Source of the DNA: an uncultured Patescibacteria group bacterium | GTDB taxonomy: Bacteria > Patescibacteriota > Microgenomatia > UBA1400 > PJMF01 | Assembly (NCBI GenBank): GCA_905478415.1 | Contig: CAJQIG010000004.1 | Span: forward strand, 203,523-267,522 | Direction: 5' to 3' | Length of the DNA stretch: 64,000 nt | Part shown: one piece after another, positions 9,784 through 20,900 of the stretch | Position numbering within the stretch: the stretch's first letter is position 1 | How the letters are laid out: the number at the start of each line of letters is the position of its first letter | Position numbers and translations under genes: made by a program | Notes under the pieces: generated by a model | What the model saw: only the letters and a program-made list of their open reading frames with translations | The model's database searches: none | Told to the model about the DNA's origin: nothing

Positions 9784-10202
9784 GGGGATGTACTGCTTTG
9801 ACGGAGTATGTTCATTAATATCTGCAGATCTTCTTTGACTAAGAAAGAAGTAAAACAGAGTCAAAACATAATTGCAAATAAAACTGCAAAAGGCATTTTA
9901 GATACTACCACTAATGCATTCGCATCAGTGTTCGGTACTAACTCTGCTCCTGCTTTCATCGCTGCATAAGCTTTGTAACAGGCGTGTATTCTTTTCATCT
10001 CATTGGCGTGAGGGAGTATGCGTAAACCCAGTCAATGTGACAAATAGTTTTCGTTCGTTGAAACTATCATAAGCAAATAGACGAAGATTGTGTCATGAAG
10101 GCTTGTTTGTTTTCCCTCTGACGCAACAACAAGGACAAACTACATCTGTAGATGATATTGGTGCTACTATTTCGGACGCGAGATCATTCCTCGCCATCTC
10201 CA
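9784..10202 (+). ncRNA. ssrA: tmRNA
   Basis: 5' GGGGATG pairs with 3' CATCTCC(A), giving G3:U70; T-arm GCGAG-ATCATTC-CTCGC; resume context ATAATT-GCA; tag ORF 9874-9969 ending FIAA*. Confidence 0.9.
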
Positions 10203-10211
10203 CAACAATCA

Positions 10212-10249
10212 AAAGAAGAGTCTCGGGCAAGACTCTTCTTTATTTTTTT
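10212..10249 (+). terminator. Intrinsic terminator after tmRNA
   Basis: AAAGAAGAGTCT-cgggca-AGACTCTTCTTT followed by a T tract. Confidence 0.85.
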
Positions 10250-10407
10250 AACTGGTATCAAAAATTATAGCTTTAGTAGTTCCATCAAAATATGCGATAT
10301 GATCACTTTGATTCTAATTGATTTATTTATATGCCTTTAAGAAAAGAAACATGCTCATGATTCAGGCTTTACACGTTCACAAATTTAATAAATAATGGAT
10401 TTAAGAT

Positions 10408-11436
10408 ATGTCTAATAGAAAACACTTACTACTAGCTGCTGTTTTGTTTGTGGCTTTTTTTGCCCTCTTTCCTAAAAATGCTCAAGCTGCACAACTTACC
10501 GAGGCCTATGTCAGACTTGATCGACTCAAAGCCTCAACCACAACTGGTGGAACGGTATGCGCAAAATTAACAACAACAGGTTCTACAGATACAACTATAA
10601 AAGTAAGCTTTCCTTCAGGTTTTACTGTCGACTCTACAGCTAGCAACTGGACTGTAACCACAACCAATTTGCCGGCAGGTGCCTCAGCCATGCCTGGTAT
10701 TAGCACCGCCTCTTTAGTTGCAAGTCAAGATGTTACTTTTCCAATAACTGACATCTCTTCTGGTGCAACGCTCTACTGTTTCAATTTTACCGGAACCAGT
10801 ACCTTAACAAATCCCACAGCCGGAAATGATAAAACTGGCACCATCACCGTACAGGCAAGTGGACCAACGGAGGTTGATTCTGGTAACTTTGCTCTTTCAA
10901 TTATTTCTGACGACCAGGTAGTTATTACGGCTACCGTTCCAGCTACCTTTAGTGTGGCCCTTGGCACAAACACCCAAGCACTTGGAACGCTGAGTACTGG
11001 TTCTGTTTCGTCTGGATCTGGAGTCTCTGTTACCATTGGCACGAATGCAGGTAATGGTTGGATTGGTTGGGTACTCAGTGCAAATCAAGCACTTGATTCA
11101 GCTACTACAGGTGACACTATCGCTACAACAGGAACTGTTGATGATACTCCAAGTAGTCTCTCTGCTGGTACAGAAGGCTATGTACTTGATGCCGACTTAA
11201 CTACTGATTCTGCAACTGGGGGATCTGGAACTGTAACCATTGATGCCGAGTACTTAGGTGCCGACACTTCTTCGGGAGGTGCGTTGAGTGCAACTTTCAC
11301 TGAGTTTGCTACTGCAAATGGACCAACTGATGGAGATGTCATTACCTTGATCCCTAGAGCTGCCATTTCGGGTCTGACACAAGCTGCCACAGATTATACC
11401 GATACCCTTACCATTGTTGCTGCTGGACACTTCTAG
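10408..11436 (+). CDS. Secreted Thr/Ser/Gly-rich beta protein, WxL/pilin-like subunit
   Basis: Signal peptide ..NAQA; C-terminal strand ATDYTDTLTIVAAGHF. Confidence 0.65.
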   Translation: MSNRKHLLLAAVLFVAFFALFPKNAQAAQLTEAYVRLDRLKASTTTGGTVCAKLTTTGSTDTTIKVSFPSGFTVDSTASNWTVTTTNLPAGASAMPGISTASLVASQDVTFPITDISSGATLYCFNFTGTSTLTNPTAGNDKTGTITVQASGPTEVDSGNFALSIISDDQVVITATVPATFSVALGTNTQALGTLSTGSVSSGSGVSVTIGTNAGNGWIGWVLSANQALDSATTGDTIATTGTVDDTPSSLSAGTEGYVLDADLTTDSATGGSGTVTIDAEYLGADTSSGGALSATFTEFATANGPTDGDVITLIPRAAISGLTQAATDYTDTLTIVAAGHF

Positions 11437-11494
11437 TCTCTTTCTTCTGTTTGTCGTTTACTCTTTTGGCATGGTACGATATATTGAGTAATAG

Positions 11495-12604
11495 ATGATC
11501 AAACGTATGTCTTTCAACTCCAAAAAACTTCTTTTATCTCTTCCTGTCCTGATTATCCTGATCTTTTCAGCCACAACTGTCCGAGCTCAGGAAACTTCAA
11601 CAGCTAGTGCTGAGACAGAAGCAGCTGCAACACCTCCACCAGCCGCCATTCAACCAATAGACTTAACCGTTTCGCCCATCACTCTCAACTTAGCTACTGA
11701 TCCTGGTAAGGAGGTAACTTCGGCCATTAAAGTGTTTAACAATAGCACTGAAAAAGAGTATTTAGAAATCAAGTTAGCTAAGTTCACCGCTGACAGGACT
11801 GGTTCGCGTCCTCAGATTAGAGACTTCGAAGCAAGTGACTCCTATCAAGACTGGCTGCAATTTGAACGGACAACATTCGAAGTGAACCCCGGCGAGTGGG
11901 AAACTATTAATCTTACATTTGCTCCACCTGCAGAGTCGGCTCTGGCTTACTACTATGCAATTATCGTCAAAAGACAAGTTGATACCACTGACGATGCCGC
12001 CACAACCATTGTCACTGGAGCACCTGCCATTTTAGTGCTCGCAAATATTTATTCGCCTAATGCTATTCAAGAGTTACAATTAGTAGATTTTTCTATGAAA
12101 AAAAAATTCTATGAATACTTGCCAGCCGAGTTCGAAATAGATATAAAAAATACAGGTAATATTCATCTCAGCCCACTTGGAAATATATTTATTGACAAAG
12201 GAGATGATAAAGATATTGCCTTACTCTCTATCAATAAAGAAAACGGATTAGTACTTCCTGACTCACAACGAACCTACACAGCAAAATGGACGGAAGGATT
12301 TCCTGTGTACGAACCAGTCATCGAAAATGGTATTGAAAAAAAAGATGAGAAGGGAGAGACAGTCTACAAACTTAACTGGGACCTCTCTAAAATTAATCAG
12401 TTCCGTTTTGGAAAATACACTGCTAACCTTTTATTAGTCTATGATAACGGTGTGCGAGACATTCCCATAGAATCAGTACTGACATTTTGGGTTTTTCCGT
12501 GGAAGATACTATTGGTAGCTCTGCTCCTCGTAGTCTTACTTTCACTGGGAGTGATGTATCCGCTACTTGCGCTCTATGGTAAAGTTAAGAAAAAAGAAAC
12601 ATAA
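11495..12604 (+). CDS. DUF916/WxLIP-like (PapD-like Ig) membrane-anchored protein
   Basis: Signal peptide; LTVSP..PG, YYYAII, IKNTGNIHLSP, GKYTA; C-terminal TM helix plus basic tail. Confidence 0.7.
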   Translation: MIKRMSFNSKKLLLSLPVLIILIFSATTVRAQETSTASAETEAAATPPPAAIQPIDLTVSPITLNLATDPGKEVTSAIKVFNNSTEKEYLEIKLAKFTADRTGSRPQIRDFEASDSYQDWLQFERTTFEVNPGEWETINLTFAPPAESALAYYYAIIVKRQVDTTDDAATTIVTGAPAILVLANIYSPNAIQELQLVDFSMKKKFYEYLPAEFEIDIKNTGNIHLSPLGNIFIDKGDDKDIALLSINKENGLVLPDSQRTYTAKWTEGFPVYEPVIENGIEKKDEKGETVYKLNWDLSKINQFRFGKYTANLLLVYDNGVRDIPIESVLTFWVFPWKILLVALLLVVLLSLGVMYPLLALYGKVKKKET

Positions 12605-12610
12605 TTCTAC

Positions 12611-13546
12611 ATGGTATATCGCTTCTGGAATTTTTTTTTAGTAAGTAGCTTACTGTTATTTTTAACAGCAACTGCTCCAATGGCTTTTGCACAAGAAAAA
12701 AACAACTTTTCGCTGACTATTCAACCAGCATACCAAGAAGTTGAGATACCTGAAGATAAGAATAGTGTCGAAACAACGATAACTCTGAAAAATCCTTCTG
12801 ATACAGCCCAACAAATGGAACTATTCGCCTTTGATTTTACCCAAAGTGACCATTTTGGCTCAATTGCTTTGCTCGATGGATTCACCGGCCAGTATGCTCA
12901 TACTCTAGCTTCCTTTTTATCCTTTGAAAAAGACAGTCTCATCATTGCTGCTCAATCTGAAGAAGAAGTCGTCATTAAAATTGAAAATAGAGCTACGCTT
13001 TCTCCTGGAGGTCACTATGCTGCCATAGTAGTTCGAGCAATTGAAGAACAAGGTGCCTCGCAGCAAAAAATACTTCCAGCTGTAACATCGCTTTTGCTGG
13101 TCAGAAAAAAAAGTGGTGAACGTATTAATCTATCCCTAAAAGAACTTAGTTGGCAACCAAAAGCACTGGTAACTCACTTTCCAGAAAAAATTGACTTGAC
13201 TTTCGAGAATGGGGGAAATGTCCATGTTGTTCCAAGGGGCACCGCAGCTATTACAGACATTTTTGGCCGCGTCGTGTTTCAGGGAACAGTTAACGAATCA
13301 AGTTTGTACCTCTTACCAGGAACAATGAGAACAATTTCTACAAACTTACAACAGTCAAGAACTTTTTTTCCACTGATGTTTTATTCTTTAGAAATACATG
13401 GGAGATCAAATGTTGGTGAAGCTACTTTTTCTTCCGAAACTAGTTTTCTGTACGTTGACTGGAAATTTGTTGTGCTTTTGTTGATCATTGTGGGAGCCAT
13501 TATTTTCAGAACGGTACAAAAGAAGAAAAGAAATGAAAAAAAATAA
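12611..13546 (+). CDS. Second DUF916/WxLIP-like membrane-anchored protein
   Basis: Signal peptide; LTIQP, SPGGHYAAIV, FENGGNVHVVPRG; C-terminal TM helix plus KKKR. Confidence 0.7.
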   Translation: MVYRFWNFFLVSSLLLFLTATAPMAFAQEKNNFSLTIQPAYQEVEIPEDKNSVETTITLKNPSDTAQQMELFAFDFTQSDHFGSIALLDGFTGQYAHTLASFLSFEKDSLIIAAQSEEEVVIKIENRATLSPGGHYAAIVVRAIEEQGASQQKILPAVTSLLLVRKKSGERINLSLKELSWQPKALVTHFPEKIDLTFENGGNVHVVPRGTAAITDIFGRVVFQGTVNESSLYLLPGTMRTISTNLQQSRTFFPLMFYSLEIHGRSNVGEATFSSETSFLYVDWKFVVLLLIIVGAIIFRTVQKKKRNEKK

Positions 13547-14147
13547 CGTTCCCATCACCAGTATTCTGTTCATCAGTGCTGCTATTAGCATCAGCATTGG
13601 TATTTTTTGGTATCTAAGTGGAAACTCTGAGCAAAGAGTCACGGGCGGTCTTTCTGATAGAACCCGGGAGTTCTTAACGTCTCAAAAAGCCAATACTGAT
13701 TCTCTTTGGCCAGACTACACTTTCGAAGAAGGTACTGAACAAAAACAATACCAATCAGTTGAAACTAATTGTTTTACTCTCGAAATGCCCATTCCTGTCA
13801 GGAATCTGAAAACAAGTATCGAACAAGAAAGCTGTTTAGTAAAAGCTACAATTGATACTCCACATGCATTTTTAACTATTAGTTCAGAGCCTGCTCCCAG
13901 CATCCACTCTCTATCAGATCTCTCTGCTGTCAAACTACGCACAACTCAGCCAGATGTGTACACCCAAGAAAAAAGAGAAGAACTTGATAGCCCCAATAGT
14001 ATTGTTTTTTCTACTACCACAGAGGTCGTGTATTTTTACTTAGAAAATGAAACCATTACTACGGTTGCTCTGTATGACCTAGCTACCATTAATTCAGATA
14101 CGTACCAACTCTTAACCAAAGTAGTGAAGTCAGTTGGTATCCAGTAA
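13533..14147 (+). CDS. Membrane-anchored hypothetical protein
   Basis: MKK start, N-terminal TM helix, soluble domain with one Cys pair. Confidence 0.7.
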   Translation: MKKNNVPITSILFISAAISISIGIFWYLSGNSEQRVTGGLSDRTREFLTSQKANTDSLWPDYTFEEGTEQKQYQSVETNCFTLEMPIPVRNLKTSIEQESCLVKATIDTPHAFLTISSEPAPSIHSLSDLSAVKLRTTQPDVYTQEKREELDSPNSIVFSTTTEVVYFYLENETITTVALYDLATINSDTYQLLTKVVKSVGIQ

Positions 14148-14170
14148 AGAAATCTATATACTAAGAACGA

Positions 14171-15223
14171 ATGAAAAAACCAGTTATACTCATGAGCCTG
14201 ATGTTACTAGCCTTTCCGGCCAGCACTAACTATGCTCTAAAAAGTTTTGATTTTAATGCCGGTGGTGATAATTCCTTGAGTTCTTCAAGCTATGCCATGG
14301 AAGGTGCAGTGGGTGAACTAGGGAGCGATCCACTTTCTTCACTCAACTACACTACGCTTCCCGGACTCCTGTATACACAAATGGTGAACACACCATCAGC
14401 CCCAACTGTTACCAATGCTGGAGACTTCACAAATAAACTGTTAGTCACTATTGCTACTGAAGGCAACCCCTCTGACACTACCTATGCCATTGCTGTTTCT
14501 GATGATAACTTTGTCACCACAGAGTATCTGCAATCAGACAATACGGTGGGTGCTACACTCGGAGCTGAAGACTGGCAAACCTATGCCGATTGGGGCGGAG
14601 GTAGTGGAGAGTTTGCAGTTGGGTTAGTTCCTAACACAACCTATTACTTCAAAGTTAAAGCTGCCCAAGGAGAATTTACTGAAGGCCCCTGGGGTCCGGT
14701 AGCATCAGTAGCAACTTCAGCACTGAGTATTTCATTTGATATTGATGTATCTGCAACGGACCAAGAGACAGCAGCTCCATACGCTGTTGCACTAGGAGAT
14801 CTGCAATCGGGAACCATTGTCACCAGTACCGAAAAAATATGGGTTGACCTAGCTACAAATGCACCAGGAGGAGGCTTTGTGTATGTCTTTGGTTCCAATG
14901 GAGGTTTGTTGAGTCAAAAAACAAGTCATACTATTTCAGCCGTGTCAGGAAATTTAAGTAGCTTAGATGAAGGTTTTGGAATCCAATACAACAGCCTTTC
15001 AGAAAGTAGTGGCGGACCAATGGTGGTTTCATCTCCATATGACGGAGCGGGAGAAGTTGTCGGTACTATCACCACAAACCCACAAGAGATTTTCAATACC
15101 TCTGCCACTGCAATTGCTGGCGGAAGAGCTTCATTTGTGACCAAAGCTAAAATTGATGACTTAACTCCAGCTGCAGCTGACTACACTGACACCATTACTA
15201 TTATTTCGACTGCTAGTTTCTAA
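14171..15223 (+). CDS. Secreted protein with FN3-like domain and WxL/pilin-like C-terminal domain
   Basis: GLVPNTTYYFKVKA (FN3-like); C-terminus AADYTDTITIISTASF parallels the 10408 protein. Confidence 0.7.
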   Translation: MKKPVILMSLMLLAFPASTNYALKSFDFNAGGDNSLSSSSYAMEGAVGELGSDPLSSLNYTTLPGLLYTQMVNTPSAPTVTNAGDFTNKLLVTIATEGNPSDTTYAIAVSDDNFVTTEYLQSDNTVGATLGAEDWQTYADWGGGSGEFAVGLVPNTTYYFKVKAAQGEFTEGPWGPVASVATSALSISFDIDVSATDQETAAPYAVALGDLQSGTIVTSTEKIWVDLATNAPGGGFVYVFGSNGGLLSQKTSHTISAVSGNLSSLDEGFGIQYNSLSESSGGPMVVSSPYDGAGEVVGTITTNPQEIFNTSATAIAGGRASFVTKAKIDDLTPAAADYTDTITIISTASF

Positions 15224-15927
15224 TGAACAAGCACCATTCTGGACCCTTTTTTTTTAGATCTTTGCACTTTCTTTTGATTGTAGGTCTTTTTTTTATCTTG
15301 GGACCTCTCTTTCAAGTTTCTGCTTCTTCAGTAGGACCAAAAACTTCACCAGTTTTAGCCGGAACTGTCAAAGTTACTGCTGAAGTAGCTGTTTCACCTC
15401 AACAAAAGTTTTTGATAGCAAAAAACTCATCTCTCATACTACAAAATCAGGGAATACGTGTTGGAAAACCCACTAAACTACACATTACCCTCAGGGGGTA
15501 CCAAAACCAACTCAAACCTTTTCAGGATTTTTCTATAAAAATTGTGGATGCTGATTTTGGTGTCCTTCAAAGCTACTTAGCAAAGACTGACCACACAGGT
15601 ACTGCCACACTTACTTTTATTCCAAATGCTCTCAGTCAGAGAGGTTCTTTTATACAAATTGATGTATTTAATGATAGATATACAACCACACAAGCTATTA
15701 CTTTCAGTACTCAGTATATACAGAACCTACCAAAACTACAAAATAGTTCAGAAAAATCCTTAGTTTTAAATCCTGATAATCGGGTTATATTCGTATTCTC
15801 TACCAGAGGTAAAACTGCTATGCTTACAAGAGGTAGTTATGTATTTTTTACAACCAAAAACACCAGCTCTAAAGGTAATCCGTATCTTTTTGCTGCTCGT
15901 GATGGCCCTTGGACTGTTACTACTTAA
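15223..15927 (+). CDS. Membrane/secreted hypothetical protein with Ig-like domain
   Basis: N-terminal hydrophobic segment; KTDHTGTATLTF Big-like motif; C-terminal ARDGP; 89-nt overlap with next gene. Confidence 0.6.
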   Translation: MNKHHSGPFFFRSLHFLLIVGLFFILGPLFQVSASSVGPKTSPVLAGTVKVTAEVAVSPQQKFLIAKNSSLILQNQGIRVGKPTKLHITLRGYQNQLKPFQDFSIKIVDADFGVLQSYLAKTDHTGTATLTFIPNALSQRGSFIQIDVFNDRYTTTQAITFSTQYIQNLPKLQNSSEKSLVLNPDNRVIFVFSTRGKTAMLTRGSYVFFTTKNTSSKGNPYLFAARDGPWTVTT

Positions 15928-17926
15928 GAACCAGGCAAAGGCGGCCACTGGTATTTACAAAACTATAAACTTCCAAGGAAAAGTCGTAAATAGTGATGGC
16001 ACCAACGTTGCGGATGGAGATTATGATTTTGTCTTTTCTCTCTACACCGTTGACACCGCCGGCTCAGCAGTCTGGACCGAATCACGTACTACCGTTAACC
16101 AAGTCACCGTCACAGACGGTGTTTTTCGTGTAGCTTTGGGTGAGGTAACTACCTTACCCGGATCAATTGACTTTAATACTGATAATATTTACTTGGGTAT
16201 CAACTTCAATAGTGATGGAGAAATGACTCCTCGAGTTCGCTTCACTGCTGTCCCCTATGCTTTTAATGCTCTCAAGGTTGCAGGACTTACTGTCACTGAT
16301 ACCACCGGAACATTAACTGTTCCAGATGCCAGCACCATTGCCTTTTCAGGTGCCTTCGACACCACCTTTACGACTACCAACACAACTACTGTCACCCTTC
16401 CAACTACAGGAACGCTGGCAACTTTGGCAGGAACAGAAACGTTTACCAATAAAACTATTGGTTCAACCGGACTCACCTTTTCTGGCGCAACGACTGACAT
16501 TACCACAGGAACAAATGAACATTTTGTTATCTCTCCGAATGGCACTGGGAATGTTGGAATTGGATCAACAACACCAACCCAATTCTTTGAGGTCCAAAAA
16601 GATACAAATGGATATGCAGCAATGTTAATTGATAACGAAACAAATGACACACTCGCTGCATCAGGATACTTCTTTGAAAACTCTACTAGAGGTGGTGGTT
16701 TTGGACTTTATTCTGATAACTTTACAGGGGGTGGAGGCTTAAGTCACTTGGCGGGTAGAATGGCTACGGCTGGATACAATGGGTTAGAACCACTTGGTAT
16801 AGATCTTATTGCAAACCATGCTAGTGGAGATATCCGATTGTTTACAGGCGGTATTGCAACTTCGAATGAGCGTATGCGAATTGACTCTGCTGGAAATGTG
16901 GGAATTGGTACCACCACAACGAGCAGCTACAAACTTGATGTAACTGGCACTATCCGAGCCACTGGCAGCGTCCTCAGCTCTGATATTGATGCAGATACAG
17001 CCGGGGCTCTTACGATCGGTAACACCACGGCCACTGCAGTCTCTATCTGTAACTCTGCCGCCTGCGACACAATTTCCATTGGCAATAATGCTGACGCAGA
17101 TACCATTACTATTGGTGACTCTCCAGATGGACTAACAATCAGTAGTTCTGGCTTCAACTTAACTTCTGGAGGAGCAATTTCTGGTATCTCTACTTTTGCA
17201 AGTAGCGGTGACTGGACTTGGTCAGCTACCACTCCAACCTTAACACTCAACTCGAGCGAGACCCTCACAATAACAGATGGCACTGATAGTTTTGTGGTTA
17301 ACACAGCCAGTTCATTATTCTCACTTTCTGACGGCAGCAACAGCTTTACCTTTGATGCTGACACTGGGCCTAACTACACTGGAACTGCACGACCAACAAA
17401 AAAGATTGTCATTTCGCCAGAATATGCTGGTGGGACTTTAACAACCTTCTATGGAGCTGGTACCGATGCTTCAATAACTGGAGTCATGACTGCCGATGCA
17501 GAAACTACCGCCACTGACAGCCTCCGCACCTACTATGAATGGAGTAGTTCTCAGGGCTCACTAAACTACTACACCGTCGTAGTCAGGATAACACTACCTG
17601 AAGATTTCAGTGCATGGGCCCCTTCTAACGCCCTACAAGTTGACTTCACCACTGAATCAACAAACTCAGCAAATAACTTACTTAGCGCCTATGTATATCT
17701 AAGTAGTGACTCAACAACCGCAGTAGCCTCAGACGTAAGTAATGCAGCTGCTGGAGCCGAAACTTGGGAACAAATCACTGTTGATGACAGTGTTCTAGAT
17801 GACGCTGCTGCTCCAGAGTGGGATGCTGCTGGAGAAACGGCGCTCATTTACCTCAGAATGGGATCAACTGGCAACAATTTTGCGAGAGTTGGCGACATCA
17901 CCTTAAATTATGTTGCCCGGTTCTAG
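15839..17926 (+). CDS. Tail-fibre-like secreted adhesin
   Basis: SD AGAGGT; signal peptide ..QAKA; INFQGKV...GEMTPRVRFTAVPYAFNA N-domain; two GNVGIG repeats; Thr-rich. Confidence 0.7.
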   Translation: MYFLQPKTPALKVIRIFLLLVMALGLLLLKNQAKAATGIYKTINFQGKVVNSDGTNVADGDYDFVFSLYTVDTAGSAVWTESRTTVNQVTVTDGVFRVALGEVTTLPGSIDFNTDNIYLGINFNSDGEMTPRVRFTAVPYAFNALKVAGLTVTDTTGTLTVPDASTIAFSGAFDTTFTTTNTTTVTLPTTGTLATLAGTETFTNKTIGSTGLTFSGATTDITTGTNEHFVISPNGTGNVGIGSTTPTQFFEVQKDTNGYAAMLIDNETNDTLAASGYFFENSTRGGGFGLYSDNFTGGGGLSHLAGRMATAGYNGLEPLGIDLIANHASGDIRLFTGGIATSNERMRIDSAGNVGIGTTTTSSYKLDVTGTIRATGSVLSSDIDADTAGALTIGNTTATAVSICNSAACDTISIGNNADADTITIGDSPDGLTISSSGFNLTSGGAISGISTFASSGDWTWSATTPTLTLNSSETLTITDGTDSFVVNTASSLFSLSDGSNSFTFDADTGPNYTGTARPTKKIVISPEYAGGTLTTFYGAGTDASITGVMTADAETTATDSLRTYYEWSSSQGSLNYYTVVVRITLPEDFSAWAPSNALQVDFTTESTNSANNLLSAYVYLSSDSTTAVASDVSNAAAGAETWEQITVDDSVLDDAAAPEWDAAGETALIYLRMGSTGNNFARVGDITLNYVARF

Positions 17927-17939
17927 CACAAAAGATACT

Positions 17940-20900
17940 ATGCTCAAGAAAAAAATATTATTCCAAATTTCAAGTGTATTCTTACTCTTGGCTATTCTCT
18001 TAGGATATGTGCTCTTCAAAGGCACTCAGCCAGTCTATGCAAACATCTTTCATTTTTGGTGGAACGAAAACATTACTGAAATTGTCATCCCCAAAGATAA
18101 TTTTGATACCGATGAAAAAATCATTATGCATGTTGATGGGGCAGATAAAAAAAACATCACTGTTGAAGTAAAAGACCCTGCTGGTCATAGCATTGAGATA
18201 GACACCCGACTTTCTAACTCTTCAGATGGCACTGTCGTCACACTACTTCCACCAGAAACAATAACTCCAGGAAAATATACTGTAGAAGTGAAAAATAAAA
18301 AAGGAACGGTATTGAATACTAGTTTCAGTTGGGGAGTACTTGCTATAAATGTCAACCAAGCTCACTACAGACCTAATGATGAAGCTCAACTTTCGTTTGC
18401 TGTCTTGGATGAAAAAGGTGACATGGTCTGTGACGCCGACCTTGAGCTACAAATCATTCAAAAGGCCACCGGAATTATAGACACACTAACAACAAAAGAT
18501 GGCGATATTACCACTAACCCAGAATGTGCTATATATGGCGTCACATATAACCCAGACTATGAAGCCACCTACACTGTTGGAACTCCGGGACAATACACAA
18601 TGGAGCTAACAGCCACAACCACAAATGGTACATACACCGTTACAGACTATTTTGAAGTTGCCGAAACCCTCGACTTTATAGTCGAACGACAAACAGCAAC
18701 TAGAATTTACCCTGTGGTCAGCTACCCCGTTGAAATACGTATTATTCCTAATAACGATTTTAAAGGACAAATTATTGAGACTGTACCCAATACCTTTACT
18801 ATCGAAAAAACAGAAACAGCTGCCCTACAACCAAATCTCATTACGGACAGCTCTTCTACTGAGAAACAACTACTTTGGAATGTAGACTTACAAAAAGGGG
18901 TTGAGTATACTCTGGCTTATACCTACGACGCACCTGACATCAGTCCAGAACTCTTCAGCATTGGCCCCCTGCAAATCCTTGATACTACTAGTGACAAAAT
19001 CTTTTCCGAAAAAAGAAAGTGGAAAATTGCTGTCGATGCCGTCGCCTTTGATGCAGTCACAACTGACAGCGCTAGTGTTGGAAGAAGTAGTGCGTCATTC
19101 TCACATACTACAACTGGATCAGATCGGCTGCTACTCGTTTTTGTCTCTCTCTTTCATGGTAACGCTACTCCAGATGTAACTTCAATTACCTATAATGGCG
19201 TCAGCATGACTCTGGAAACTGAACTAGAAGTTGTTTCAAGCCGCCATATTCGAACATTTGTGTACAGCCTTGTAAACCCAGCCTCAGGATCAAATACTGT
19301 TGCTGTCACCTATGCTCAGTCGACACAGGTTGCAGATGCGGTTATGGCAATCAGCTACACTGGGGTAGATCAAACAACACCAATTCCAACAACTGCAACA
19401 AACTCTTCAACATCAGCTGCTGACCCCACAATTGACATAACCACTACAACTGCCAACTCCCTCATTGTTGCAGGTGCTACAGTTCGTGGTGGTGACACCG
19501 CCCCATTTACTCCAGGTACCGGTAGTACTGAACGCTGGGACTTTGTCACCGATACTAATGCTAATGTTGACCTTGGAACCTGGGGAGGTGAAGAATCAGC
19601 AGCCACAACTGGTACGTATACTGTTGATGCCACGGCCACCAATTCAGACTTTTACTCCATGGTTGCAGTTGAGGTAGCAGAAGTGGCAGCAGCTGGAGGT
19701 ATTACGGTGTCTGGTAATGCCTATCAATCTGGAACCACGGCTTTAACCGACTGTGATGGGACCACTCAAAACATAGCACTCCGAGCTGGAAGTACTACCT
19801 ATACCACCACCTGTAATGCTTCAACTGGTGCATGGTCCATTGGTAGCGTAACGCAACCAAGCTCAGGTGACGGACTCGTTGTTTGGATTGATGGCGAAAC
19901 TACTGACGGAGCACTTGTCACCCGCTACGATGGCACAGGCGACTCAACTGGAAATATTTTTTATGCAAATGCGCTCACTTTTACAAGTGATGATAGTACC
20001 GCTGTTAACAACGCTGATGCAGACACCTATGACAATGCTGATGATGCTGATATCCCCTACACTGTCTCCACCAATGCTTTGACCCTTAATAGTGGCCATG
20101 AACTACTTGTCTACACAGGTAAAACCTACGACCCAAATGGAACTGTTACCACTAATGCAACCGGTGGTAATCTTCATGTTGATGATAGCTCCACCGCATA
20201 TCTCGACACTGCCACTTCAACTATTGGTGCTGATGTTATAGTTGATAACGGAGCAACACTTAATATTGATGCCACAACAAACATTTCTGGTGGAGATATC
20301 ACCTTAACTGGAACAGGCCTTGTTTCCACTACTACTGGGACTCCAACTACAACTATTTCTGGAGCAGGCACTATAGGCGGCGGCACTGGCTCACTCACCT
20401 TCTATAACCTTGCGCTTGCAGGGACCGGTACCACAACACTAAACGCACCACTCACTACTGCTAATAACCTCACGATTGGTGACGGCACCAATGCTCATAC
20501 GCTAGATGTAGAAACAAACGACAAGGCTGTCGACACCAATGGAGCATTCACTATTGCTGCCAATGGAACCTATACTGCCTCATCCACAACAGATGTAACT
20601 GTACAAGGAAACTTTACCAATGGGGGCATTCTTACTGAAGGAACAAGCACCATTGTCCTAGACGGATCTACCACAGCTAATCTTGATTCTGGTTGCAGCA
20701 CCGTATCCACATGTACAACCAACAACCTGTATAACCTTACCTTGAATAAGTCGACGTCAGGAACTACGGTAACGCTTCTCAACACAGGGCTGAGAGTTAG
20801 CAATACGCTTGAAATTACTACTGGAACTCTCAACCAATCAACCCTCGATGTGCAACTGGAGGGCAGCTCAGCGCTGGGAGTCACGAGCAACGGTACCTGG

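Noticed and set aside
10088-10340. Short ORFs of 60 and 62 aa
   Set aside because: They overlap the tmRNA and its terminator
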